NCBI GenBank assembly: GCA_963703345.1
Contig: OY969814.1
Span: 1,280,001-1,344,000, forward strand
Reading direction: 5' to 3'
DNA length: 64,000 nt
Origin: an uncultured Chloroflexia bacterium
GTDB lineage: Bacteria; Chloroflexota; Dehalococcoidia; DSTF01; JALHUB01
Shown: positions 18,303 through 28,787 of the stretch, piece after piece
How the letters are laid out: each line of letters starts with the position of its first letter
Numbering within the stretch: the first letter of the stretch is position 1
Notes under the pieces: generated by a model
Database searches by the model: none
The model's input: only the letters and a program-made list of their open reading frames with translations
Told to the model about the DNA's origin: nothing
Program-made: the position numbers and the translations under genes

Positions 18303-21300
18303 ATGACGGTACGGCATCGCATCTCTCAGGCAGGAGAGGTAGAGGAAGCGCTCCGCCGCAGTGAGGCGAAATACCGCGCGATCTTCGAGAATATGCAAGA
18401 CATCTTCTTCCAGACGGATCGCCAGGGGTTCATCGTGGAGGTTAGCGCCTCAGTGGAGCGGTACGGCTACGCCCGCGAAGAGCTGATCGGCACACCGGCC
18501 GCGGGGGTTTACGAGGACCCGGGAAAGCGGATAACGCTGACACAACTTCTCGAAAACGGAGAGGTCACTGATCGCGAGGTGCGGCTGAAGGCTCGGGACG
18601 GCCGCGTGGTCGACTGCTCGCTCAGCTTTCACATGTTGCGGGACCCTGACGGCGCCCCCGCCGGGACCGAGGGTTGCCTCAGGGATATCAGCGATCGCAA
18701 GCGGGTCGAGGAGGAGTTGCAGAGGCATCGTGACCGGCTTGAGGAGCTGGTCGGTGAGCGAACCGTCGAGCTGAGGAGGGCCAATGCAGAACTCCTGTCT
18801 GAGGTTAATGAGCGGAAACGGGCGGAAGAGACGCTGCGCGAGAGCGAAGAGCGGTTCCGCTTGCTTGCCGCTTCAGTGCCGGTGGGCATCTTCCAGACGG
18901 ATGCTGAGGGCAAGATCGAGTATGTCAACCAGCGCGTGCTGAAGATCACCGGATTGACGGCGTTGGAAGAGACGGCGGACTGGCGCTGGGGCATTGACCC
19001 TCACCCTGATGACCGAGAGGCGGTTCTGGCGGAGAGGACGAAGGCGATGGCAGAGGGTCGCGTGTTTCTAGGAGATTTCCGCATATTGACGCCACAAGGT
19101 GTGACACGGTGGGTGGAGACACGCATTTGCCCTCTGTTCAACGAGAAAGGTGAGCAGATAGGGCATGCGGGCATGGTGGAAGACGTCACCGAGCGGCACC
19201 AGGCGGAGGAGGCGCTGCGCGAGAGCGAGAAGCGCTTCCGCACCCTCTACGAGTCCTCCCGTGACGGTATTGCGGCCGCGGACCCGGACGGGCGCTTCAC
19301 AGAATGTAACCAGGCGTACGCCGACATGCTTGGCTACAGCCGCCAGGAGCTGCAAAGGATCAGGTACCAGGACATAACGCCGTCGAAGTGGCACACCCTC
19401 AATGCGGACGCCGTCAGAGAGGCAATGGAACGCGGCTACTCGGAGGAATTCGAGAAGGAGTACACCAAGAAAGACGGGACGGCGCTCCCCGTCTCTCTGC
19501 GCATCTGGAGGATCGAGGACGAGGCCGGTAGGCCAATCGGCATATGGACCATCGCAAGGGACATCACCGAGCGCAAGCGAGCGGAGGAGGTGCTGCGCGA
19601 GAGCGAGCAGCGGTTCTCCAAGGCTTTCCATGCCAGTCCGCTTGCCATCGTCATCGCCACGGTGTCTGAAGGACGGATCGTTGACGTGAACGAGGGTTTC
19701 CTGCAGCTAATGGGCTATAGCCGGGAAGAGGTTATTGGGCGGACTTCCCTGGAGATTGGAATCTGGGTTGATAGTAAGGGGCGGGAGCGGATGGTCCAGG
19801 AAGCGCTCAAGAGAGGAAGCGTCCCCGATTGGGAACTGAGGGTCCGTACCAGGTCAGGAGAAACGCGCGTTTGGCTCGGCGCTTTCGTGACGATTGAGCT
19901 GGACGGTGTTCCTTGCCTTCTCGGGATGTCCAGAGACATCACCGAACACCGGCAGGCGGAGGATGCTCTGCGGGAGAGTGAGAAACGGCTTGCATCCATT
20001 TACGACACCGTTGGCGACGTCATTTTCCTGCTGGATGTGGAAAAGGATGGAGGATACCGGTTCACTTCTGTCAACCATGCGTTCCTCTCAGTGACAGGGC
20101 TGCCTGCCGAAGCAGTAGTCGGCAAGCGCGTTAACGACGTTATCCCAGAGCCGTCGTTGACCCTGGTGCTGGGCAAATACAGGCAGGCAGTCCAGAAGAA
20201 GGCAGTTGTCCATTGGGAGGAGACATCCGACTATCCAGCGGGCAGGCTCACCGGCGAAGTCAGTGTCGTGGCCGTCTTCGACGAAGGCGGGAACTGCACC
20301 CACTTGGTTGGCACAGTGCACGACATCACCGAGCGCAAGAAGGCGGACGATGCGCTGCGGGAGAGCGAGAGGCGCTTCCGCCAGGTGCTCGATGTCTCCG
20401 CCGACATGATCTACAAGCTGGATCTGGAGTCCGACACCTTCGACTACATCAGCCCGTCTGTGCTGGAAATGACGGGCTTCACGCGGGAAGAGTTCATCGC
20501 TATGGGGCCCCGTGGTCTCCGTCGCAGGATTCATCCTGAGAACTGGCCGGATCTCAGGCGAGGGTCTGAAGAGTTCGTTGAACTCGGCTCCCACCCCGGC
20601 TTTGAGTACCGCTTGCAGTGCAAGGACGGCGAGTACCGCTGGTTGAGCGACAACCGCTCCCTCGTCCGCGGCGAGAGCGGCCGCCCGCTGGCCTTGGTCG
20701 GCACCGTCCGTGATGTCACCGAGCGCCGGCGGGCGGAGGAGGCGCTACGGGAGAGCGAGGAGCGGTTCCGCTCCCTGAGCGCCGCCGCGCCTATCGGCAT
20801 CATGCTAATAGACAATAAGGACGGGATGGTTTACTGCAATAAGCGCTTCCTGTCCATTTTCGGGTTGCCCAAGGAGGAAGCCATGGGATTTGGCTGGGTC
20901 AAGAGCCTTCACCCTGATGACCGGGAGGCGTTTCTTGCCGAGAGGTCAAAGGCCATGGCCGAAGGGCGGGAGTTTATCCGGGAGTTCCGCGTTGTCGCTC
21001 CTCAGGGAGAGACGCGTTGGTTGAGCGTACACACCACGCCGCTCTTGTCCCAGGAGGGAGTGTCGAAGAGCCGCGTGGGCACCCTAGCAGACATCACTGA
21101 GCGCAAGCAGGCGGAGGAGAGGGATCGGCAGCTACACGCGGAGCATGTCCGAGCAAACGAGCTGCGCCGTATGGTGCGCATCTTGGAGCAGATGGCGGCG
21201 ACCCTGGGGCACGAGCTGCGCAACCCCCTCGGCGTAATCAGCAACTCCGCCTACTTCCTGCTTGGCCAGGCCGACCTCCCGGAGAAGGCACGCAAGCATG

Positions 21301-21815
21301 TGGAGATAGTCAGTCGGGAGGTGACGAGTGCGAAGCGGGTCATAGACGACATCCTGGAGTTCGCTCACGTGCCCGACCTTCTGCTGGCGCCGGCCGACAT
21401 CAATGCCATCGTCAATGGCACGATAGCGCGTTCGCAGATCCCCGCGACGGTCCGCGTGTTCCGGAATCTGGCGCCGGACCTGCCGCTGGTCGTCTGCGAC
21501 GCGGAGCGGCTGGAACGCGCCTTCATCGACATCATCACGAACGCTATCCAGGCGATGCCGCACGGCGGCCGGCTGGATGCGAAGACACATCCTTCGGCGG
21601 GGGGCGTCACAGTTGTCTTCTCGGACAGCGGCGAAGGGATCGCGCCGGAGAACCTGCCAAAGGTGTTCGAGCCGATGTTCACCACCAAGTTGCGCGGCAT
21701 GGGCCTCGGCCTGACGGTGGTGCGCAGGACGATCGAGTTGCACAAGGGCGAAGTCGAGATCAAGAGCGGACGGCGGCGGGGGACGACGGTTGAGATTACT
21801 CTTCCGTTAGGTTGA
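18303..21815 (+). CDS. Cytoplasmic histidine kinase with seven PAS domains
   Basis: Seven PAS units ending in D(I/V)(T/S) linkers; HELRNPL H-box; NAIQAM, DSGEGI, GMGLGL. Confidence 0.95.
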   Translation: MTVRHRISQAGEVEEALRRSEAKYRAIFENMQDIFFQTDRQGFIVEVSASVERYGYAREELIGTPAAGVYEDPGKRITLTQLLENGEVTDREVRLKARDGRVVDCSLSFHMLRDPDGAPAGTEGCLRDISDRKRVEEELQRHRDRLEELVGERTVELRRANAELLSEVNERKRAEETLRESEERFRLLAASVPVGIFQTDAEGKIEYVNQRVLKITGLTALEETADWRWGIDPHPDDREAVLAERTKAMAEGRVFLGDFRILTPQGVTRWVETRICPLFNEKGEQIGHAGMVEDVTERHQAEEALRESEKRFRTLYESSRDGIAAADPDGRFTECNQAYADMLGYSRQELQRIRYQDITPSKWHTLNADAVREAMERGYSEEFEKEYTKKDGTALPVSLRIWRIEDEAGRPIGIWTIARDITERKRAEEVLRESEQRFSKAFHASPLAIVIATVSEGRIVDVNEGFLQLMGYSREEVIGRTSLEIGIWVDSKGRERMVQEALKRGSVPDWELRVRTRSGETRVWLGAFVTIELDGVPCLLGMSRDITEHRQAEDALRESEKRLASIYDTVGDVIFLLDVEKDGGYRFTSVNHAFLSVTGLPAEAVVGKRVNDVIPEPSLTLVLGKYRQAVQKKAVVHWEETSDYPAGRLTGEVSVVAVFDEGGNCTHLVGTVHDITERKKADDALRESERRFRQVLDVSADMIYKLDLESDTFDYISPSVLEMTGFTREEFIAMGPRGLRRRIHPENWPDLRRGSEEFVELGSHPGFEYRLQCKDGEYRWLSDNRSLVRGESGRPLALVGTVRDVTERRRAEEALRESEERFRSLSAAAPIGIMLIDNKDGMVYCNKRFLSIFGLPKEEAMGFGWVKSLHPDDREAFLAERSKAMAEGREFIREFRVVAPQGETRWLSVHTTPLLSQEGVSKSRVGTLADITERKQAEERDRQLHAEHVRANELRRMVRILEQMAATLGHELRNPLGVISNSAYFLLGQADLPEKARKHVEIVSREVTSAKRVIDDILEFAHVPDLLLAPADINAIVNGTIARSQIPATVRVFRNLAPDLPLVVCDAERLERAFIDIITNAIQAMPHGGRLDAKTHPSAGGVTVVFSDSGEGIAPENLPKVFEPMFTTKLRGMGLGLTVVRRTIELHKGEVEIKSGRRRGTTVEITLPLG

Positions 21816-22035
21816 GGAGGGCCAGGAAGCGGGCGTATGCCTCGTCCAAGAGCGCGCTCGCCAGGCTCGTACACCGCCACCTGGAAAGAGCGGCGCAGCC
21901 TAGCCAGGCCGCTGCCTTCACGCTGGAGCGCGGTCAAAGGCCGCCTCATCCTTCACCGGCCCTCCCCCGGCTTCTCGGGGCAAAGGGCCCGGATGTAGCG
22001 GAGGTCTTCAGGCCTCAACTAGAGGGCTGGAACGC

Positions 22036-22632
22036 TTACTCCAAAGGCGCATTCGCCCGAAAGACAGGCCCAGGCTGCCACGGCGTTCCGAGGGTCGGCA
22101 GGAGCCAGCGGTCCACGCCGATCCAGCCCGCTACCTTCCAACCGAGGAGGATCAGCAGGGCGATCACAAACAGCACCGGGTTGGTGCTCGCCGAGCCGGC
22201 GAGCAGATAGTTGAAGTTCATCGCGGCGCCGCCGAGGGCAGCAAGCCCCGTGAACGCGCCGATGATGAGCAGGACTCCGGCCGTGGTCTCACCGAGAGCG
22301 ATGACCCACGAGAACCACCTGTACCACTCGTGGTTCAGCATGAAGGTCAGGAAGTGGCGATACCAGTCATAGGATATCGGCGGTTTTCCCTGTTGAGGTA
22401 TGGCGATGGCGTTCTGCCAGTAGTTCTTGAGGGCCACGCCGTCCGGGCCACTCACCGCGATCCAGCGGTTCGCGCCCCATACCTTGTGAGAGCCGGCGAT
22501 CAGCCACTGATAGCCCAAGTACAGCCGCGCCGCCAGCCATAACGGGGCCAGCCAGGTGTTGCTGAAGATCGCCTGGATGAAGCCCGGGTCGCGCAAGTCG
22601 CGCTTCTCGAACGATCGCTGTAGGAAGGCCAT
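22036..22632 (-). CDS. DoxX/DoxD family membrane protein
   Basis: RLYLGYQWLIAGSHK, GSASTNP, GVDRWLLP. Confidence 0.85.
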   Translation of the reverse strand: MAFLQRSFEKRDLRDPGFIQAIFSNTWLAPLWLAARLYLGYQWLIAGSHKVWGANRWIAVSGPDGVALKNYWQNAIAIPQQGKPPISYDWYRHFLTFMLNHEWYRWFSWVIALGETTAGVLLIIGAFTGLAALGGAAMNFNYLLAGSASTNPVLFVIALLILLGWKVAGWIGVDRWLLPTLGTPWQPGPVFRANAPLE

Positions 22633-22832
22633 CAGACCCCTTTCTCGTGCCCGGTGAACACGCGCTGGGTCACCAGCTCCCCGATAAACCAGGCGACCAG
22701 TACCACCGCGAGGATCGGGAGGAACATGAGGACCTGGTTCTTTCCGCCCATGTTAAACACGATGAGGATCGCCGTCGCAGCCACGACGGCCCATGCCACG
22801 ACCCCCCCAGCCAACACTAAGGCCTTGTTCAT
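22632..22832 (-). CDS. Small two-TM membrane protein
   Basis: AAGGAG RBS; stop overlaps the DoxX start (TGATG). Confidence 0.7.
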   Translation of the reverse strand: MNKALVLAGGVVAWAVVAATAILIVFNMGGKNQVLMFLPILAVVLVAWFIGELVTQRVFTGHEKGV

Positions 22833-23118
22833 GCATCTCTCCTTCTGCGAGTTTCTCCCGACGCTGTGCCGAAGGGGGCGTATCCCCCGGTCACGCCGTA
22901 TACGACCACCGTCTGGTCAACTACCGTGTCGCGACATGCACGTGGTGCAAGAAGCGGCGGCCGCTCTCGGCCTGCGACCCGTCGCTGCCCGATCGGGCCT
23001 CCTGAGCCACGCAATATAGGAGCGCAGGCCGCGAATTGGAATCTGTGGCGTCTGTAGAAGCCACGGATTTCGGCCCTCAGACACAACGAGAGCTAGGTGC
23101 GCTCTGATGTGTCCACTC

Positions 23119-24153
23119 CTATGGCAAGGGGTAAACGGGCACCGTTGCCTTGTTCAGCCCAAGGCTAACGACGCGTGTGTTGGTGGTGTTGGACTCCCAC
23201 ACCCCGTAGTACTCGCTGGTGATCCTGTTAGCGACAATACGCGTGTCTGTCACCGGGGCCACCGCCCCCACCACGATGATCCCGGCTCCTTTGGTGGGAT
23301 CAGTGAGACCCACCTCCGGGTCGAAGCCATTGCCGCTGATCCTGTTCCCCAGCACCACGGTTCCAGCGACGGTGTCGCCTGGGGCGTTGCTGTGAATTAT
23401 GACGCCCGGGAGGAAGTTATCGGTGATCGTGTTGAGGAATACCCAGTTGTGCGTGGCTGACGTGCCGGGCGTGTCAGCGGCCACGATAATACCGGCCGGA
23501 TTGTGACTGACGGAGTTACGGGCCACGAGGTTGTGATCAACGCCTTCGCCGACGTTGAACGCAGCGAGGACGATCCCGCAGCCGACCATATTGCCAGTAA
23601 TGTCGTTCCCGACAATGGTGTTGCCCGTTGCGGGGCGAGGGCTGCCGGGGCCGGGGGCGCCAGGGTCAATGGGCCCGTCGTCCAGGACGGCAATGCCCCC
23701 GTCAGCCAGGTTGCCAGTCACGATATTGCCTCGGACCACCGAGTCGCTAGTGCCGACGAGTGCGATCGCCTTGTTCTGGATGACCCCTGGCGTAGGGGAC
23801 ACCCCGTTGCCGGTGATCCTACTATTCTCCACGGTCACGTCGGAAGTGTCCTGAATCAAGATTCCATGATCGTAAGCGCCGGTGATGGTTGCGCCAGAGA
23901 TCAAAACGTCGCTGACCCCTGGACCCACGTACACTCCCAGGTCGCAGCCCGTCCCGTCGATAACGCCCCTTATGGTTTGGTCGGGGCTGGCGACAACGGC
24001 CGCCGTCAGACCGGTGGCTCCTGCTGGGGTACAGCTGGGGCCTGCGGCAGACGCCGGCCCAGGCAGGGCAAGAAAACCCACTACTAACGGGAGAACCAAC
24101 ACTCCCGCCAGTCCCACAAGCACCAGTCGAGGAATGGTTCCAGCGCGCATCAT
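23119..24153 (-). CDS. Secreted right-handed parallel beta-helix protein
   Basis: Signal peptide ending ASA; repeated N.I.GN..GI motifs; GGAGG RBS; in-frame upstream extension to 24195. Confidence 0.85.
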   Translation of the reverse strand: MMRAGTIPRLVLVGLAGVLVLPLVVGFLALPGPASAAGPSCTPAGATGLTAAVVASPDQTIRGVIDGTGCDLGVYVGPGVSDVLISGATITGAYDHGILIQDTSDVTVENSRITGNGVSPTPGVIQNKAIALVGTSDSVVRGNIVTGNLADGGIAVLDDGPIDPGAPGPGSPRPATGNTIVGNDITGNMVGCGIVLAAFNVGEGVDHNLVARNSVSHNPAGIIVAADTPGTSATHNWVFLNTITDNFLPGVIIHSNAPGDTVAGTVVLGNRISGNGFDPEVGLTDPTKGAGIIVVGAVAPVTDTRIVANRITSEYYGVWESNTTNTRVVSLGLNKATVPVYPLP

Positions 24154-24165
24154 GCACCTCCGACG

Positions 24166-24268
24166 TCCATATCTGCCCTTGGTGGATAGTCTCATATTCT
24201 CGGCCCTTCTCTGACCAGGAAAACTATGGACTTAATACCTATTTTAGCGGCCAGGGAGTTTCTGTCAA
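24166..24268 (-). promoter_or_regulatory. Sigma70 promoter and first 10 codons of an Rrf2-family gene
   Basis: TTGACA-16 bp-TAAAAT (24268-24241); ATG at 24195 reads MRLSTKGRYG. Confidence 0.6.
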
Positions 24269-24473
24269 CCCCCCGCTGGAGGGGCTGCCGACATCACAAT
24301 GTCCGGATGGTGTGGGACCATCGGCGGAACGAGGCCTTGGAGCATCTGCCTATCACGCAGAGGGTCGAGTGCTGCCCTCCAGATACGGATGGAATTTTGG
24401 CACCCCACAATTCCGCCGGCAGCTCCCGTCGCGGCTGGGTAGCGTACCACCCTTGCGCCCAGCACACTCGCGC

Positions 24474-27400
24474 TTATTCCTTGACAGGGCTCTCTCCGCC
24501 TCCACCCGCCCGTTCGGGCAGTAGTCGCCGGGAGAAGCGCCCTTTCACGCCCTCAAGCAGGCTGTAGACTACTGGCACTACCACCAGGGTAAGCAGGGTT
24601 GAGCTGAATAGCCCGCCGATCACCACCCGGCCCAGCTCGCTCGCGATCAGCGCCCCCTGGTTGCGCCCCAGCGCCAGCGGGACGAGCGCGAGCATTGCCG
24701 CGACGGCGGTCATCATGATCGGTCGCACGCGCGTCTGCCCGCCCTCCACCAGCGCGTCATAGGTGCTGTAGCCGCGCTCCTTGCGAAGCATGATCACGAA
24801 CTCGAGCAGGACGATGGCGTTCGTCACGACGATGCCGACGAGCATCAGGATGCCGATCAGCGAGCTAATGCTGAGCGCCGAGCCGGTGACCGCCAGCGCC
24901 ACGATGGCGCCGATCAGAGCCAGTGGCAGGCTGAAGAGAATGACGAACGGCGTGAGCAGACTCCCGAACAGCAACGCCATGACGGTGTAGACCAGTACGA
25001 TTGATACCAGGATGGCGACGAACATCTTGGAGAAGCCCTCGTTGATGTCCGATGAGATGCCGCCAGCCTTCACGCTGATCCCTTCCGGCAATGACAGCTT
25101 GTCGGCGGCATTCTGCGCGTCTCCCGAGACCTTGCCGGTGTTTTCGCTGGTGATGTCGCCGGTGATGGTCGCCGCCGGCTTGCCGTCGACACGTGTGATC
25201 GTCGTCTGCTTGGTCACGGGCACGATGCTCGCCACAGAGTCCAGCCTCACGCCGCGGGCGATTTCCAGCGCGCCCAGCGCCTCGGCGCTATTGAGATCGC
25301 CGCCGGATACCACCAGGCTCACGCCGAGAGGCCCCTGGCCAAGGTCCGCCGTGGTGATGGTGCGGTTGGATGAGAGATTGGCAACACTGTCGGAGATCTG
25401 CTGCGGCGTCAGTCCGGCTGCGGCAGCCTTCTCCGGGTCGACCTGCACCTCCAGCGTGGACTGAGCAGCGGCGAGATCGCTCATGACGTTGGCGGTGCCG
25501 GGTACGGCCGCGACCGCCGCCCGCACCTGTTCCGCCGCGTCGGGCAGCGCACTCGCCGCCGCATCGCTTCCAGCCGAGACGGTTATCGAGATGCCGGACG
25601 ATCCCATGCTGCTATCGGCGGCGGAGACGGACATGTTGTCGCTGTTGGGGACGTCCCGCGCTATCAGGTTGCGAAGTTGGGTCGCAACTGTGTTCTTGTC
25701 CGGCCCGCTCTTTGCCAACTCAACCGTGATCTTGGCGCTATTGGCGCCCTTGCCGGAAATGACGTTGCTTACGGCACCCAGGTCGCCGGCGGTGCCGTTG
25801 ATCACAGTCTGATAGCGGTCGACCTTGAAGTTCGAGAGCAGGTTCTCGACGGCGATGGCCTGCTGCAGGACGGCGTCCTGGGTCTCACCGGGGCGGGCAT
25901 CAACCGACACCGTTACGGTCTTCTGGCCCGAGCCGGGCAGGAACTGCACGGGCAGTCGCGGGACGAGCGCCAGGCTGCCGACGAGCATCAAACCGGCAAC
26001 GCCGAGCGTTATCCAGCGGTGCCCGAGTGCCCAGCGCAGCACGGGCGTGTACACCTTCGCCAGAGGGGTATCGCCTGGACCCACCTTCTCACGCACTTTC
26101 ACGCGGCCGGCGATGGTGAAGCGAGTGAGCGCCGGAATAACGGTCACGGCCACCAGGAGCGAAGCCAGCAGGGCGAACACGACGGCGAGCGCGAATGAAA
26201 AGAAAAGCTGACCGATAAGGCCGCCCACCAGGCCGAGCGGCAGGAAGACGGCGCAGGTTGTCGCGGTGGCCCCGGTGATGGCGATGCTTACCTCGCGGGC
26301 GCCGCTAACGATTGCGGGGAAGGTCTTCTCCCCCTTCGCCATATGCCGGTAGATGTTCTCGAGGACCACTATGGAGTCGTCGATCACGCGGCCGATGGCG
26401 ATGGTGAGGCCACCCAGCGTCATGATGTTCAGCGAATAGCCCATGCGGTCGAGCAGCACAACGGCCGTGATCACCGAGAGCGGGATCGAGACCGCCGTCA
26501 CCAGCGTCGTGCGCCAGTTGGCCAGGAAGAGAAAGACGATGATGATCGCGAACACGCCGCCGATCAGTCCGTCCCGGACCACTCCGTTGATCGAGTTGGT
26601 AATGAAGGTGGACTGGTCGAAGAAGACGCTGAACGAGGCGCCCTGCGGGAGCGTAGGCTTGATCTTGTCCAGCTCCGCGGTCACCTCATGAGCGACTTGG
26701 ACCGTGTTGGCGTCCTTCGCCTTGACCACCTGGATGCTCACGGCTGGCTGTCCATCGGTGCGGCTGGCACCGTTTGGGGCGGCCGACGCCTCGGCGACCG
26801 TGGCGATGTCCCCCAGGCGGACAACGCTCGCGGGCGCGCCGGTGGTGGGCGTCGTGCGGATGCCGATGTTGCGGATATCGTCCAAGCTCTTGTAGACGGC
26901 GACCGTCTCGACCGGTAGGACGGTATCGCCGGTGGCGAGCTGGCCGGAGGGGAGGATGACGTTGTTCGCCTCCAGCGCCTGCGCCACCTGGTCATAGGTG
27001 AGCTTGCTATCGAGCAGCTTCTGGCGATCGAGCGTTACGACGACGTTGCTGAGCGCGCCGCCGCTCACAGAAACGGAAGCCACACCGTCCAGGTTCGCCA
27101 GGTTAGGGACGACCTGGGACTGAGCAAGCTGATACAGCTCCGCCTGGTTGAGGTCGCCCTGCAGGCTGAACGTGACGATGGGTATCATCGAGATGTCGAA
27201 CTTGAGGATCGATGTGGAGACGTTCGACCCGAGGCGGGCATCGGCGAGCGCTTGCTTCACCGCCGTTTCGGCGCTGTTGAGGTCCGTACCGTAGTCGTAG
27301 CTGAGCATCGTGACGCCCAGGCCCGAGACGGCGGTGGAGGAAGTCTTGCGGACCCCGGGGAGGCCGCCGACGGCGGACTCGATGGGTGTAGTCACCGTCT

Positions 27401-27596
27401 GGGCGATGTCCTGGGGCTGGTCGCCAGGGCTGCGGGCGATCACCGTAATCACGGGGAAGCTGATATCCGGGAGCAGCTCTTCTCGGACGCGGGTGACGGT
27501 GTAGACACCGAATGCGACCACAAGCACGACGGCCACGAGCACAAGTCGTGCCTTACCATATGAGAATTCAGTCAGCCAGGAGACAACACGACGCAT
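24474..27596 (-). CDS. RND efflux permease (AcrB/SwrC-like), no adaptor nearby
   Basis: GRVIDDSIVVLENI, GIVVTNAIVL, RVRPIMMT; 1040 aa. Confidence 0.95.
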   Translation of the reverse strand: MRRVVSWLTEFSYGKARLVLVAVVLVVAFGVYTVTRVREELLPDISFPVITVIARSPGDQPQDIAQTVTTPIESAVGGLPGVRKTSSTAVSGLGVTMLSYDYGTDLNSAETAVKQALADARLGSNVSTSILKFDISMIPIVTFSLQGDLNQAELYQLAQSQVVPNLANLDGVASVSVSGGALSNVVVTLDRQKLLDSKLTYDQVAQALEANNVILPSGQLATGDTVLPVETVAVYKSLDDIRNIGIRTTPTTGAPASVVRLGDIATVAEASAAPNGASRTDGQPAVSIQVVKAKDANTVQVAHEVTAELDKIKPTLPQGASFSVFFDQSTFITNSINGVVRDGLIGGVFAIIIVFLFLANWRTTLVTAVSIPLSVITAVVLLDRMGYSLNIMTLGGLTIAIGRVIDDSIVVLENIYRHMAKGEKTFPAIVSGAREVSIAITGATATTCAVFLPLGLVGGLIGQLFFSFALAVVFALLASLLVAVTVIPALTRFTIAGRVKVREKVGPGDTPLAKVYTPVLRWALGHRWITLGVAGLMLVGSLALVPRLPVQFLPGSGQKTVTVSVDARPGETQDAVLQQAIAVENLLSNFKVDRYQTVINGTAGDLGAVSNVISGKGANSAKITVELAKSGPDKNTVATQLRNLIARDVPNSDNMSVSAADSSMGSSGISITVSAGSDAAASALPDAAEQVRAAVAAVPGTANVMSDLAAAQSTLEVQVDPEKAAAAGLTPQQISDSVANLSSNRTITTADLGQGPLGVSLVVSGGDLNSAEALGALEIARGVRLDSVASIVPVTKQTTITRVDGKPAATITGDITSENTGKVSGDAQNAADKLSLPEGISVKAGGISSDINEGFSKMFVAILVSIVLVYTVMALLFGSLLTPFVILFSLPLALIGAIVALAVTGSALSISSLIGILMLVGIVVTNAIVLLEFVIMLRKERGYSTYDALVEGGQTRVRPIMMTAVAAMLALVPLALGRNQGALIASELGRVVIGGLFSSTLLTLVVVPVVYSLLEGVKGRFSRRLLPERAGGGGESPVKE

Positions 27597-27658
27597 TGCT
27601 GGTCCTCCGCCGCGCTAGTCGGAAATGAGTTGGCCGTTGAAATGGTCGCGGCTGCACA

Positions 27659-28048
27659 TCATCCCACGATCGAATCTACCTCCTTGACTATCTTATTCTC
27701 CACCTCGAGATTCCAGAGCATCTCCGGGACGTCGACGAGGAGAAACAGTTCAGATAGCAACAGAGTTTCGACCGCCGTGACTCCCAGATGTTCGAGCCAC
27801 TTGCCGATGCCGACCCTGACCGTGAAGTTGTTGGGCTCGCCGTCGATCAGTATGTTGAAGGCGCGGTCGGCAGCTATGACAGCGCTGAGGAAACCGCCCT
27901 TCTGCACCTGAATGAGCGTGCCGTGAGGGCTTGGCGCGGAGGACTGAACCTTGAAGCCATCACTTTGGAGGTACTCCTCTATTTTCCCCTTCAAGGCAGC
28001 CAAGTCGGTATTCTTACCCTCATAGTGCCGGACCTTTTCTCCAATCAT
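27659..28048 (-). CDS. Conserved hypothetical protein (129 aa)
   Basis: Start MIGEKVRHYEG with AAGGAG RBS; globular domain plus hydrophobic hairpin. Confidence 0.7.
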   Translation of the reverse strand: MIGEKVRHYEGKNTDLAALKGKIEEYLQSDGFKVQSSAPSPHGTLIQVQKGGFLSAVIAADRAFNILIDGEPNNFTVRVGIGKWLEHLGVTAVETLLLSELFLLVDVPEMLWNLEVENKIVKEVDSIVG

Positions 28049-28560
28049 AACCTTCTCCTTCTTGTCCCGTATCGGGCGTTCCCCGATACGGGATACGCCA
28101 GGCTGATGACCCTGGCTTCTCTTGCCTCTAGTGCTGGAACGGACTGGCCCGTCTTGCGCGATACTGCTTATCAAGTGGCTGCGTGTCGAGAAACTTCGGC
28201 TGCTCGTCTGGCCGCGTAACTTCTATGGGTTTCGTCTGCGCGACTGACTCCTCAAGTTCAAGTGTACTCATTCAGATACATGTGAGACAGGAGGCGCTAA
28301 GAGAGGAGGGTGTGGGGTGGCCTAGCTGTCGCAAGGCCGGTGCTCGGAGGTCTGCACGGTGGGCACGAACGGGTGGCCGCTTGAGGGCAGAAGGGACGGA
28401 CGGAGTCTTGCCACACCACAGGCTTGCAGCGCGTGGGGTGTGGGTGTCAATATTCCATCCGTATCTGGGAGAGCGGCGAGTGGCAAACCAGGACCGCCGG
28501 ATGCCGGCAGAGGAGCGCAAACCCTCTGTCTGGAAAGCAGATGGTCGCCTCTTTGAGGCG

Positions 28561-28590
28561 AAAAAGGCTGGGCGAAATGCCCAGCCTTCC
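28561..28590 (-). terminator. Intrinsic terminator downstream of the tRNA-Gly fragment
   Basis: AAGGCTGGGC-ATTTC-GCCCAGCCTTTTT on the minus strand. Confidence 0.8.
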
Positions 28591-28607
28591 TCTATGTATA
28601 TGTGTTC

Positions 28608-28653
28608 TGGAGCGGGAAACGGGACTCGAACCCGCGACCCTCTGCTTGGGAAG
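28608..28653 (-). pseudogene. 3' half of tRNA-Gly(CCC); probable att-site remnant
   Basis: CTTCCCAAGCAGAGGGTCGCGGGTTCGAGTCCCGTTTCCCGCTCCA; no D-arm or 5' acceptor strand upstream. Confidence 0.85.
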
Positions 28654-28787
28654 ATTGTGCCCGCCCCGTTGAATCTATGTGAGCCCCAAAGGCCGTGTTC
28701 GGCCCGTCTTGACCCCCTGTCTCCAAGACGTCAGGCCCCTTGCCTCCAACTGATGCTACCATATGCTTGCGTGTGCGAAAACCTCTC

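Noticed and set aside
28480-28550. GGCAAACC...GCAAA...GAAA resembling a c-di-GMP-I riboswitch
   Set aside because: Stem order does not fit and there is no downstream plus-strand gene; part is better explained as a degenerate tRNA-Gly arm
28608-28690. Full-length tRNA-Gly
   Set aside because: No D-arm or 5' acceptor strand; similarity ends at the anticodon loop
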